A stretch of DNA of 64,000 nt from Candidatus Bathyarchaeota archaeon (lineage in GTDB: Archaea; Thermoproteota; Bathyarchaeia; Bathyarchaeales; Bathycorpusculaceae): the NCBI GenBank assembly GCA_963826715.1, contig CAWGYA010000002.1, positions 384,001 through 448,000 of the forward strand, in the 5' to 3' direction. Both the position numbers and the translations under genes were made by a program. Under the pieces are notes generated by a model. That model saw nothing but the letters and a program-made list of their open reading frames with translations, was not told the DNA's origin and searched no databases. Shown piece by piece: positions 39,013-48,908 of the stretch. Each line of letters starts with the position of its first letter. The stretch's first letter is position 1.

Positions 39013-39135
39013 ACCTTGTTCTCTCCAAGAGTTTTTAAGGAGTATTTAGGACCGTGAACAGTATATTAAGCTAATGGGTTATAAGACTGAAAATTCATGG
39101 CTTTTTATGCATAAGTTACGGTCACATTTTATAGT

Positions 39136-40317
39136 TTGTCATGCAGAAAGCCGAATCCGGAAGAAGGCAAAAGAGTAAATATTTTAAAAAAAATAAAAAA
39201 TAGAAGCCAAAGAAGCGAAAACTTAAACCAACCCAACCCTTCAGGCTCATTAGGCGAACAATCTTTGATGCGAGTTGACAAACTAAAACAACTAGCTACC
39301 ATACAGCATAAACCAGACACATTCGCAGTCTTCAACCCAACCAATATCATCTACTTAACAGGTTTCCAAGGTGCAACGGCACTTTTAATCCCGCCTGAGG
39401 GAGAGGGAGTACTATTTGTTTCAGGAGTTAACTATCTGCAAGCAAAGGCAGAAGTTAAGGGTTTTAAGATAGAACTTTTGGATCATGGGGAGAGCGTTAT
39501 TAAAAAAATAGCGTTACATACCCAAGACAAAAAACTCGCGGTAGATACATTGCCAATAGAAAGTTGGCAAGCGCTATCCAAAGCCGTGGGCGGAGAAGAA
39601 AAACTTGAGGCTGCAAACCGCCTAATACATGAATTGCGTGCGGTCAAAGATAATGAAGAAATCAAGTTCATTCGGGAAGCCTGCAAAATGGCAGACCTCG
39701 GTATTGAAGCCGCTTCCCAAGTCATCCGAGCTGGTTCAACTACCAAACAAATCGCTGCAGAAGCCGAGTATGCAATGCGGAGCGCAGGTTCGGAAGGCGT
39801 TGCATTTGAAACCATCGTATCCTGCGGCGTCTGTTGCTCTTATCCGCATGGGTCAATGGCTGAAAAAACTGTTGGAGAGGGAGACTTTGTAATGGTTGAT
39901 TTAGGCGCAACCCACCATTTCTATCATTCCGACATCACCCGCACTTTTATTGCAGGAAAACCAACAGAAAAACAAAGACTTATTTACGAAACTGTGAAGC
40001 GGGCACAAGAAAAGGTTTTGGAAGCCATCAAGCCAGAAGTTTTAGCTTCAGAATTGGACTACACAGCTAGAAGTTTGATTGAGGAATCAAGGTTCGGAGA
40101 GTTTTTCGTTCACAACCTGGGGCATGGAGTGGGCTTGGAGGTTCATGAAGCGCCAATTTTGGGCCCTAAAAGCAAAGATGTGTTAACCCCAGGAAATATA
40201 GTGACGGTTGAACCAGGAATTTATGTACCAGATTTCGGAGGGGTGCGCATCGAAGATACTGTGCTTGTGACAGCAACAGGAGCAGAAAAACTCACTAAGG
40301 CACATTATTTGCTATAG
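39136..40317 (+). CDS. pepQ: Xaa-Pro peptidase (M24B); true start probably near 39268
   Basis: VDLGA..YHSDITRT, HNLGHGVGLEVHE, EPGIY, GVRIED. Confidence 0.9.
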   Translation: MSCRKPNPEEGKRVNILKKIKNRSQRSENLNQPNPSGSLGEQSLMRVDKLKQLATIQHKPDTFAVFNPTNIIYLTGFQGATALLIPPEGEGVLFVSGVNYLQAKAEVKGFKIELLDHGESVIKKIALHTQDKKLAVDTLPIESWQALSKAVGGEEKLEAANRLIHELRAVKDNEEIKFIREACKMADLGIEAASQVIRAGSTTKQIAAEAEYAMRSAGSEGVAFETIVSCGVCCSYPHGSMAEKTVGEGDFVMVDLGATHHFYHSDITRTFIAGKPTEKQRLIYETVKRAQEKVLEAIKPEVLASELDYTARSLIEESRFGEFFVHNLGHGVGLEVHEAPILGPKSKDVLTPGNIVTVEPGIYVPDFGGVRIEDTVLVTATGAEKLTKAHYLL

Positions 40318-40646
40318 GTAAAACCTAGAAGGTAGTACCAGTTTTTTTCTAAGTGAGGAGAATTTTTTGTTAGTTAATCCCGCATTGATTTTGGTTGATA
40401 CAAAGGAACTTCGTTACAGGGGCCTTAAAATCAGACGTGACCTAAATATCATCGAGCCCCTACAGAAGATGCTTGTTGCAGCTCGCATAAACTAAGGCCA
40501 TATCATCTAAACCATTATGCAAATTACCCAAAACGTTGAAGTAGTGCAGAATGGGGTATCCACGCCGTAAAAGCAGCGCATGGATGTTAATTAAAAAAGG
40601 GGATAAATAGCTTTTGTTAATCTTTCTAACCTGAGTTAGAAGGGTG

Positions 40647-40823
40647 CTATGAGACCAGTTCTGCATCTGCGGACCCGCAGACTAATGCAGTTATCCGGAT
40701 TTTCACGTGCTCGTTGAGTTTTGCGTTTTTTATAAAGACAGGAAACCCTTTGATTTTGGCGACACCTTCCCCATTTGGGGCTACATCAAAAATGTCTACT
40801 TCGAATTCTTCACCAATTTCCAT
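40647..40823 (-). CDS. Single-TRAM-domain RNA-binding protein (missed by the ORF track)
   Basis: MEIGEEFEVDIFDVAPNGEGVAKIKGFPVFIKNAKLNEHVKIRITALVCGSADAELVS. Confidence 0.85.
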   Translation of the reverse strand: MEIGEEFEVDIFDVAPNGEGVAKIKGFPVFIKNAKLNEHVKIRITALVCGSADAELVS

Positions 40824-40975
40824 TGGGTAACTTACGCCTCTACCTCTGTTTTTTGCGTTTCTTGGAGCTCGTTTTTTTGGGCTAACGACACATCATCCTC
40901 TTTCGAAGATAACAATATCTTCTGAGGCTTAAGGCTTTTGTTTTTTTAACTAAGAAAAGTATAAAAAATATAATG

Positions 40976-41049
40976 TGGGCCCGGCCGGATTTGAACCAGC
41001 GACCAACAGATTATGAGTCTGGCGCTCCACCGAGCTGAGCTACGGGCCC
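40976..41049 (-). tRNA. tRNA with CAT anticodon, probably tRNA-Ile2 (agmatidine type)
   Basis: GGGCCCG/CGGGCCC acceptor typical of archaeal tRNA-Ile, CTCATAA loop, GGTTCAAATCC T arm; no encoded CCA. Confidence 0.88.
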
Positions 41050-41147
41050 AAAGCACATATACCCTAATATTGCTATTCCAAAACAGATTTAAACATTTTC
41101 TGCGGGAGAACAGGGAAATATACGATTACTTAAAATTTAGAGAGATA

Positions 41148-41396
41148 TCAGTTTCCAAACCACTTCGCATACCAAGCATTAAACATACAGACACATTCTT
41201 TTTCATATTCTGCTATGTTTTCCTCACGAAGGCAACTGGCAAGCTCTAAATTTTTCTTGAGTTCCATTTTTGCCTCCATTAAAGCTGCAGCAACATCGTC
41301 GAGCATGTCGTTGCCGCCAGCGCGGTAATCGCTCAAGGCTTGTCTTAGGAAACCTCTTTTTTGTTTGATTAACTCTTCAAGTTTGCCTTCACTCAT
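41148..41396 (-). CDS. Hypothetical protein
   Basis: 82-aa helical ORF downstream of ogg1. Confidence 0.5.
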   Translation of the reverse strand: MSEGKLEELIKQKRGFLRQALSDYRAGGNDMLDDVAAALMEAKMELKKNLELASCLREENIAEYEKECVCMFNAWYAKWFGN

Positions 41397-41433
41397 AGAT
41401 TAAACCCGAAAGGAAATGTTGACCAAAAGCATT

Positions 41434-42294
41434 TTAACGTTGTGTTCGTTCAAAATGAAAGAGATACTCCTGCGCGTAGCCTGCATAAACCCCGAAGTAA
41501 GTGCGGGCGAAATCTCCGATTTTGAGGTATTCACTATTGGTTAAGGAGTTGTGGCTCCGCATTTTCGTAACCAACTCATTAGGAAAGTAGTTCGCATAGT
41601 GGTTTAAAATCACGCGTTTAATCCATACATCCACGGGAAAAGCTTCAGTTTTCTCGAGCGAGAATAGTAACACACAATCCGCAACTTTCAAACCCACACC
41701 CATAAAGTCAAGAAGTCTCTTTCTGGCATCCAAATAAGGCACCGCGCTCAAGCCATCGAGATCGAAGGTTTTCTCTCGGATCATCTCTGCAGTTGCCTGC
41801 ACATACTTAGCGCGATAACCCAAGCCACATTCTCGAAGCCCATTTTCACTTGCTGCCGCCAACTGCTCAACAGATGGAAAAAGATAGAAGTCCAATCCAT
41901 CAAAAACTCGTTTTTCTCCAAACTTCTCTGAAATTTTCTTTAGCATCAATTCAATGGCGGTTATACTTTTGTATGTAGCACAGATGAAGCCAATTAGGCA
42001 CTCCCATGGCAACTGATGCACTATCCTCAATCCCTCAAAAGTACGTAATACTTCTTGGATATACCTATCTTTGCTGATGCGCCGTTTGATTTGCTTTAGA
42101 TCGTCGTCTAACCCAAAATATTTCCTCACAAACTCTTCATTCACTCCCTCAAATTCAAGCTCAGAATCGCTCTGGCGAATTTTGATAATTTTTTCACCAA
42201 CGACGCCGTACCACCAGCTACCCTTTTTATTCCAGCGGAAAACTTGCCCGCAGCATAGTGAGAAATCCAAGTCAAACGGCACATCAAGATGCAT
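41434..42294 (-). CDS. ogg1: 8-oxoguanine DNA glycosylase (Ogg1 family)
   Basis: SLCCGQVFRW, LGYRAKY, HhH GVGLKVADC, FPVDVW, AGYAQEYLF. Confidence 0.9.
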   Translation of the reverse strand: MHLDVPFDLDFSLCCGQVFRWNKKGSWWYGVVGEKIIKIRQSDSELEFEGVNEEFVRKYFGLDDDLKQIKRRISKDRYIQEVLRTFEGLRIVHQLPWECLIGFICATYKSITAIELMLKKISEKFGEKRVFDGLDFYLFPSVEQLAAASENGLRECGLGYRAKYVQATAEMIREKTFDLDGLSAVPYLDARKRLLDFMGVGLKVADCVLLFSLEKTEAFPVDVWIKRVILNHYANYFPNELVTKMRSHNSLTNSEYLKIGDFARTYFGVYAGYAQEYLFHFERTQR

Positions 42295-42296
42295 AA

Positions 42297-44420
42297 TTAG
42301 GTCTCCATGAATTTTTCTGGTTTTGGAACCTCCGGAACATAGCCTCTGCGTTCACGAAGCTGAGCAATGACTTCAGTGGCCTGTTTTGGTGGAAGCCGCG
42401 CCCAATGGTCAAAAAGCAATTGCCAGATGGCTTTTCCTGAGGTTGCAGAACGGAGTTCTTTGGAAAAACCGAAGGTTTCGGATACAGGAATAAAGCCAGT
42501 AATTTGAGTTTGGAGCCCTTTCTGCTCGAACTGGGTGACTTTGCCACGACGAGTACTAAGCATACGGATTGATTCACTTACGAGTTCCGTTGCCACGGTT
42601 AGTATGATTTTGTAGACAGGTTCTTGCAGGGTTGGGTTGGCAGTTAGGAAACTTGCGAACAATGCTTTGCCGACACCGTGCATTACTTCGGAGCTGCTGG
42701 GTTCGCCACTATCGAGTTCTAAATCAATAATATTAACTTTTAAGTGGCGTATGGGCTCGCCGCATAATGGACCAGCTTTACAGGCGTATTCAAAACCAGC
42801 GATCATGGCTTCCAAAACCTCTTGAGAAATCGTGTTGGTTTTGCAGTTGTAATCCACAAGCAAATTGCGATATTCATCAAAAGAAAGAATGGTACCTGAG
42901 TTTTCCTCCAAGGAGACGCCGTGTTCCATTTCAGGCTCAACCTCTATCCATAAGCGGGTATGCTTGTCAGGGCTCTTAGCGAATGCCACAATCCCATCTT
43001 TCTGAGCGCATTCCAAGTAGACGACTCGCGGAGACGAAACCGACAAATCTAATCCAGTTTTTTTAAGTTGCTTGAGGGCGATTTCCAGATGCAACTCACC
43101 CATGCCACTAAGCAGCACTTCGCCTGTTTGCTTATCCACTGATGCTTTAAGGTTAGGGTCTTCTAAAGCCAGCCGCGCAAGGTTCGTCTGCAGTACCTCT
43201 AAGTTCTGCGGGTTTTTGGGTTCAATCGCAAATGTTACCACCGGTTCGGAAACGTAACTTATTCTTTCAAATGGAACCATGTTGTCTTTATGGATGGCGT
43301 CGATAAGGGTCTCACCCGATATTATAGTCCCAGATAGTTTCAGGGTTGCTAGGTTACCCGCGGAAACTTCAAGCACCTCCTCACTTAATGCACCCATATC
43401 CACATAAACGGCTTTAACCTCTGATTCCCCGAGGGCATCTACCTGATGCAGCAATTGTGATTTTTGGATTTTCCCTGAAAAAACCCTGCCTGTCGCAAAC
43501 GTATCCCCGCTTTCTAAATCAGCACGAATATGAGTAATGAACATAATTGCTGGAGCATCGTCTGCGCAATCAAGCAGAATCTTGCCAATGGAGGAGTTTA
43601 TTTGCCCTTCCCATATTTTTTGGATACGATACGCCTGAGCCTGCCGAGGGTTTGGAATAGCTTTTATTGCCATCTCAAAAATAGCTTCGTAGACAGGCAA
43701 GGTTTTTTGCAGTTTTATGACTTCCCCGTTTAGGTGGGCGCGTATGATTTCGGAAAATTTGATATCATTCTTCATGGCCATCTCAAGTGTGAAGCCCCAG
43801 CCATGTAATGCGGAACCGAAAGCTACAGTAGCCGTTGAAGCGCTAACTTTCCATTGGCTCCGGAATGGTTTTTCAGCATAAAGCTCAATTTGGTCGTTAA
43901 AAGTGCTTATTATATGGTTCAGTTTCTTTTGAATTTGCTCTTCGTTTAGCTGAAGCTCTGTTATTAATCGATCCACCTTATTAATGAACAGGACAGGGCG
44001 AACGCGTTCTTCCAACGCTTGGCGAGTAAGGATTTCAGTTTGGGCCATAATCCCCTCAACAGCGTCCACCACTACTACGGCGCCATCAATTACACGGAGA
44101 GCACGCGTCACTTTACCAGTGAAATCGACATGTCCAGGAGTATCAACCAAGTTGATGATAAAAGGCTCAGCATTTTTGCTGTAAAGCAGAGTTATGTTGG
44201 CAGTTTTAATTGTGATTTTGCGTTTCTGCTCCTCAGCAAGGTAATCTAGGACTCTCGCTGTGCCGGCTGCCTGAAGGGAAAGCAACCCAGCGCCTGCTAA
44301 AAGGGAATCAGCCAAGGTGGTTTTGCCGTGATCTATATGCGCGATTATTCCTATGTTACGAATACACTCTTTGATACCCATGAGTGCCTGTATTTGGGGG
44401 ATTTGTTTAAACCGCGGCAT
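42297..44420 (-). CDS. Elongation factor 2 paralog lacking the diphthamide loop
   Basis: AHIDHGKTT, DTPGH, NKVD, GMGELHL, GPLCGEP; no HRG motif in domain IV. Confidence 0.88.
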   Translation of the reverse strand: MPRFKQIPQIQALMGIKECIRNIGIIAHIDHGKTTLADSLLAGAGLLSLQAAGTARVLDYLAEEQKRKITIKTANITLLYSKNAEPFIINLVDTPGHVDFTGKVTRALRVIDGAVVVVDAVEGIMAQTEILTRQALEERVRPVLFINKVDRLITELQLNEEQIQKKLNHIISTFNDQIELYAEKPFRSQWKVSASTATVAFGSALHGWGFTLEMAMKNDIKFSEIIRAHLNGEVIKLQKTLPVYEAIFEMAIKAIPNPRQAQAYRIQKIWEGQINSSIGKILLDCADDAPAIMFITHIRADLESGDTFATGRVFSGKIQKSQLLHQVDALGESEVKAVYVDMGALSEEVLEVSAGNLATLKLSGTIISGETLIDAIHKDNMVPFERISYVSEPVVTFAIEPKNPQNLEVLQTNLARLALEDPNLKASVDKQTGEVLLSGMGELHLEIALKQLKKTGLDLSVSSPRVVYLECAQKDGIVAFAKSPDKHTRLWIEVEPEMEHGVSLEENSGTILSFDEYRNLLVDYNCKTNTISQEVLEAMIAGFEYACKAGPLCGEPIRHLKVNIIDLELDSGEPSSSEVMHGVGKALFASFLTANPTLQEPVYKIILTVATELVSESIRMLSTRRGKVTQFEQKGLQTQITGFIPVSETFGFSKELRSATSGKAIWQLLFDHWARLPPKQATEVIAQLRERRGYVPEVPKPEKFMET

Positions 44421-44655
44421 ATATGACCCTGCTGAACAGGATTATGTGGCTATCTTGTGACTTTTATCTTTTTAATCTGAAAGGTAGTCTTTTCAAACCT
44501 ACAGGGAAATAATGGTCTATTTGGTTGGTATCGTCTGCTTCAAGCGAACCAGTCTTAAATTATCGAATACGTAAACCATCAATGCCTTTGAGGTAAAAGT
44601 TTTACCTTAACTTAAGCGGTTTAAGTTCCAGAATAATTTAGGACAATATGTTGGG

Positions 44656-45501
44656 TTGGGAATGAAATCTTTGGATAAAAAAGCCTTGATTTCATCGAAA
44701 AAGCTTTCTCTAATTAAAACTATGATTGACCCGAATAGCATGCCAAAATTCGCACAAATACATATAGAGGAGCTAAAGAAGGAACCCTATGCCTCAGTTG
44801 TTTGCTACCCCAAAGCCAGTCCCTATGAAATTCAGAGTCGTATTGAAGAACTGAAAAAACTTGGTGTTGAAGCGGTAGAGTTCTCTGGCAAGGCATCTGC
44901 TTTTACCCTTTCTGTACTTGGAAAAGGCTATGTGGGCATTGTTATTGTGGCACTTTTAGATGGGATGCGTTTTGCGCTCAAGATGCAGAGGGCGGATTCG
45001 GACCGCGAGAGTCTCGAGCGTGAAGCCGAACTGCTGAGTTTAGCTAACAGTGTTGGAGTTGGACCAAAGTTTGTGGCGGTTACTAAGAATTTTTTGTTAA
45101 TGCAACTAATTGATGGCGGTTTGTTTGAGCAATGGCTACAAACTAAAAGTGATCCCGAAGGGCTCCGCAGAGTTTTATTGGACATACTTGAGCAGTGTTG
45201 GCGCTTAGACGAAATCAGCCTTGATCATGGCGAACTAAGTAAAGCCCCCAAACACCTCCTCATGGATGTGGCGGATAATCCGTTTATTGTTGACTTTGAA
45301 ACCGCTAGCACAAATCGCAACGCCTCAAACGTTACATCGGTGTGCCAATTCCTGTTTCAGGGGAACAGCGAAGCCTGCCGGGCTATAGCACAAGTCATTG
45401 GGAAAAGAAACAGAACAGAATTTATTGCCGCATTGAGAAAATACCGAAAAGAGAGGAACCGTGCCGGATTTGACGAAATAGTGAGGCTGTGCCTTGAATA
45501 G
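44656..45501 (+). CDS. Archaeal Ser/Thr protein kinase (RIO/Bud32-like)
   Basis: LGKGYVGIV, ALK, HGELS, IVDFE. Confidence 0.8.
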   Translation: MGMKSLDKKALISSKKLSLIKTMIDPNSMPKFAQIHIEELKKEPYASVVCYPKASPYEIQSRIEELKKLGVEAVEFSGKASAFTLSVLGKGYVGIVIVALLDGMRFALKMQRADSDRESLEREAELLSLANSVGVGPKFVAVTKNFLLMQLIDGGLFEQWLQTKSDPEGLRRVLLDILEQCWRLDEISLDHGELSKAPKHLLMDVADNPFIVDFETASTNRNASNVTSVCQFLFQGNSEACRAIAQVIGKRNRTEFIAALRKYRKERNRAGFDEIVRLCLE

Positions 45502-45510
45502 AAAGGTTTG

Positions 45511-46596
45511 TTAGGCTACTACATCCTGTAACCGCTTTAGCTTGATTGCCTCTTTCAGCTCCAATGCGATGCGTCTACCCATGTACATGTTTTCGCCGTA
45601 CCGTAAATAAGCGTAGGGTGAAGTCCCTATTCCTACGTTGGTACCTGCCACAATGCGCGCGCTAATTTCAAATGTGAAAATTTTTGTTTCGTCCGTGATA
45701 ACTGTTTCGAGGCAGAATGGACCGATAATGCCAGGGGGAGATAGCTCACGGGCTTTTTTGTGTACGTTATCGCCCATTCGCATCATTTCTGGCAGAAGCG
45801 ACTCTCTAAGCACAATAGGGAAGTTACCAACGACCGTATAGGTGGGGTTGATGTCAATTTCGAGTTGTTGACTAGCGGGTATTTTGCCTATGCTATCCAC
45901 GGCGGATTCGTAGCGACGGTCCATAGCCAAAAGTTCTACGTCTTCACGTATAATGCTACTGAAGTAGCTTGGATACACATTAACCCCCAAAGCATACTCT
46001 TGTAAATGAACTGATTCGAGGTCAGCTTTGGAAAGTAAGCCACGTTTTATCATTTCATCTGCTTTCTTGTAAAATCCTGAGGGTGAATTAGCAAGGAAGT
46101 AACCTCTGCCACCCTTGGCGCCTTGAAGCTTAACAATTACGAGGCGATCGATATCTTCTGGCGACTTAAAGGTAATGGGTAGGAGCAGCCCAGATTGCCG
46201 GAGCCATTCTTCTTGGCTTTTGCGATTGGCCTCCCAATGGAGCAGCTGCCGGTTGCCGAACATAGGAACGTTTAGATTATCGGTTAATTGCTCTGTACTC
46301 AGATACGCTGTAAAACTGCCGTGAGGAATCAAAACAACGTTAAGTTCACGGAGACGCTTTTGCAGTTTTTCATTCATTAATTCAGTGAAGTCTTTAACTA
46401 TGATTAACTCATCCACCAACGGATACTTCTGGTACATGATGGCGTCCTTCTCTTTACAGATACACACTGTACGGAAACCTTCTTCCCTGGCGCCCTTGAA
46501 AATATTAAGTGAACTGTGCGAGCCCAAAGTGCCTATTGCAAGTTTTTGCTGGTCATATTTCTCGACTATTTTTCCAATATCTGAGTTGTCAATCAT
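45511..46596 (-). CDS. purP: PurP family ATP-grasp enzyme (FAICAR synthetase)
   Basis: GSHSSLNI, PHGSF, GAKGGRGYF, FEISARIVAGTN. Confidence 0.9.
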   Translation of the reverse strand: MIDNSDIGKIVEKYDQQKLAIGTLGSHSSLNIFKGAREEGFRTVCICKEKDAIMYQKYPLVDELIIVKDFTELMNEKLQKRLRELNVVLIPHGSFTAYLSTEQLTDNLNVPMFGNRQLLHWEANRKSQEEWLRQSGLLLPITFKSPEDIDRLVIVKLQGAKGGRGYFLANSPSGFYKKADEMIKRGLLSKADLESVHLQEYALGVNVYPSYFSSIIREDVELLAMDRRYESAVDSIGKIPASQQLEIDINPTYTVVGNFPIVLRESLLPEMMRMGDNVHKKARELSPPGIIGPFCLETVITDETKIFTFEISARIVAGTNVGIGTSPYAYLRYGENMYMGRRIALELKEAIKLKRLQDVVA

Positions 46597-47697
46597 TTAG
46601 GTAACCACTTCAGCCAATCGGCGTTTACGAATTGCCCGTTTAATCTCCATAGCTACGCGTTTTCCAGGCCCAACCTCGATGCCGTACTTGTATTTCATGT
46701 AAGGTGAAGTGGGCTCTACACATGGGCAACCTGGCACTCGGGGGCTTACATCAAAGATGCGGAACTGCAAATCCTTCGTCACCGCACCTTGGAGAGCGAA
46801 AAGACCAATCATACCCGGCGGGAACTCTTTGCGGCAAATCTGCACCCAGCGTTCACCAGCTTCAAAGACTTTTTCAAGCTGACTTTCGCGCATGGTGACT
46901 CCCATATGTCCGATTTCAATGTTTTGGGTGGAAACATTGAGTTCCAGCTGTTCACGTGCGGGCAAATCCAGAACTCCGTCCAGATCGGTTTGTATGCGTC
47001 TATCAAATCCTAAAAGATCAATATCGTCGTTTAAAGGTGAATAGAAATAGTTAGCGTTGAATTTCGCACCCAACACATATTCTTCAATCACGGATTCTTC
47101 AAGCGCCTCACGGGTAATGATACCTGTTTTGATTCGTTTCTCTGCTTCCTTTTCGAATTCTTCGGGACTTGAAGCATAGAAGAATGCACGTTCAATTGTT
47201 CGTCCTGCTTCCGCAACCTTAACGATTACCGGGCAATCAATTTCTTGGGGAGATTTGAAGGCACGGGGGATAGCAATACCTGCCTCTTTTAAGAGCCAAA
47301 GCTGGTTTTTTGGTGCAGTGCGTTCTTCAGTTTTAAGAAGCCAACGGTTCCCCATAAGCGGTACTGTAAACTTCTGCTCAATTGCCTCGTAGCCCGTATA
47401 AACACTGAAGCTACGATTAGGCACAAAAATCGTGTTCAAATCCGTTAACGCTTTTATGGTTTCGGGGTTTGCGATGTCAGAGAATTTGTCGAGAAAAATG
47501 AATTTATCAAAGATGTTTGGGTAGTAACGAGCGTATGTTTTTTCGCGTCCATTCTGGCAGACAACGACGGTTTTGAAGCCTTCCTGTTTGGCACCTGAAG
47601 CAATCTCTAGAGCAGAATGTGAGCCTAATACACCTACATGTATTTTCTCTGGGTCATAATCCATCAGGACCTGTTTTATTTTATCTTGCATAATCAT
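46597..47697 (-). CDS. PurP-like paralog
   Basis: GSHSALEI, PNRSF, ERAFF, FDVSPRVPG. Confidence 0.85.
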   Translation of the reverse strand: MIMQDKIKQVLMDYDPEKIHVGVLGSHSALEIASGAKQEGFKTVVVCQNGREKTYARYYPNIFDKFIFLDKFSDIANPETIKALTDLNTIFVPNRSFSVYTGYEAIEQKFTVPLMGNRWLLKTEERTAPKNQLWLLKEAGIAIPRAFKSPQEIDCPVIVKVAEAGRTIERAFFYASSPEEFEKEAEKRIKTGIITREALEESVIEEYVLGAKFNANYFYSPLNDDIDLLGFDRRIQTDLDGVLDLPAREQLELNVSTQNIEIGHMGVTMRESQLEKVFEAGERWVQICRKEFPPGMIGLFALQGAVTKDLQFRIFDVSPRVPGCPCVEPTSPYMKYKYGIEVGPGKRVAMEIKRAIRKRRLAEVVT

Positions 47698-48752
47698 GGT
47701 TTTTCACCTATAAACTCCTGGTAATCATCAATCACTTTCGCAAGCATCGACACAGTAAAGATTTTTTTTCCACTCATTTCGTTTGCCACTGCCATGTACA
47801 TTTCACCTATTATTCTTTTAAGTTTGGGGTCAAGGGGGGGCGGCTGAGACTTACAAAGCAACTTCCAGTCCTGCACGCCTTTATCCTCCGCTTCCTTCTT
47901 AGCCTGCTCTAAATCACTATACCACATTGTTTTTTTGTAGAATTGCCTTGCCACTTCCTTGCTAACATGCACGCCAGCGAAGGTGAAACGACACTCATCC
48001 AGCGTACCCAAAACGTCAACAAGCATCAGTTGTCTTTTTTCGTCGAAAGCCAACTCGATTTTGCCGTCCTCGTTCTTAAGTTTAGCATTAGCTGCAGCTT
48101 CGGTAATGACTCCATCTGCCTTCAGGAGGATCGATTTAACATCTGCAAGCTCTTCTTTGGTTAATCCAGAGATTTTCTGCGCTTCTGCCCAAGTGACGTA
48201 CCTGTCTGTTTCTTCAAGTTTTGTACTTACATCAAAGATGGGTTTGTCTAAAGTTTCGCCTGGCTGTGGCTGATGGTCAAGCTCAAGATCAGCTAAGGTA
48301 ACTTTCCCCTGTGCAAGCCGCCTAAATACGGAGGATCCTTCAGGTAAACCGTTACGGTAAATAACTTCTAGTGGAATGAGGCAGTTTTTAACTGCTGACG
48401 TATAAATACTATAATCATGGAAAACTTTGCCGGCTTCGACGCTGGTTTTGGGTTTATACACATTAACTAAATCCACCTCCATTATGCTGGAGGGCTCATT
48501 TAGTTTGGAGAGTTTGACGGTTTTGCCTTGTGATGTTACTAAGCCGCGGTAATGGGTTTTCACACCCATTTTTTCCAGTTGTTCAAAACAATATGCACCC
48601 ATTAAGCAAAGCGCGGCACCCTTACCTTCGATGTGGTCGGGCATTTCCCCCCAGTCAAAAACACTGTAGCGGTCAGAAAAAAGGAATCTACCTTCGCCCA
48701 TGACGGTTTGGGTTGGTTTCTGGATTACTTGAAGATCTTTTACGCTGCCCAT
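47694..48752 (-). CDS. purC: SAICAR synthetase
   Basis: MGSVKD, FSDRYSVFDWG, DGKIELA, DVLGTLDECRF. Confidence 0.92.
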   Translation of the reverse strand: MGSVKDLQVIQKPTQTVMGEGRFLFSDRYSVFDWGEMPDHIEGKGAALCLMGAYCFEQLEKMGVKTHYRGLVTSQGKTVKLSKLNEPSSIMEVDLVNVYKPKTSVEAGKVFHDYSIYTSAVKNCLIPLEVIYRNGLPEGSSVFRRLAQGKVTLADLELDHQPQPGETLDKPIFDVSTKLEETDRYVTWAEAQKISGLTKEELADVKSILLKADGVITEAAANAKLKNEDGKIELAFDEKRQLMLVDVLGTLDECRFTFAGVHVSKEVARQFYKKTMWYSDLEQAKKEAEDKGVQDWKLLCKSQPPPLDPKLKRIIGEMYMAVANEMSGKKIFTVSMLAKVIDDYQEFIGEKP

Positions 48753-48908
48753 CTCTGTTGCCTCAGTGTTCTGTTTATCTGTTTTTGCCTTTATATCACT
48801 TTATCTGACCAAAAAAAGGGAAATAAACGCGGGAGCACACAAAAGTATTTATCCCCAATATTGTGGAATGAGCTAATACATTCAGGGGAGTACTAGGAGA
48901 GTGGAAAA

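Noticed and set aside
41013-41249. 78-aa plus-strand ORF
   Set aside because: Overlaps the tRNA and a minus-strand gene; shadow ORF
45511-47697. Tandem purP paralogs
   Set aside because: Paired PurP/PurP-like genes are common in archaeal purine clusters
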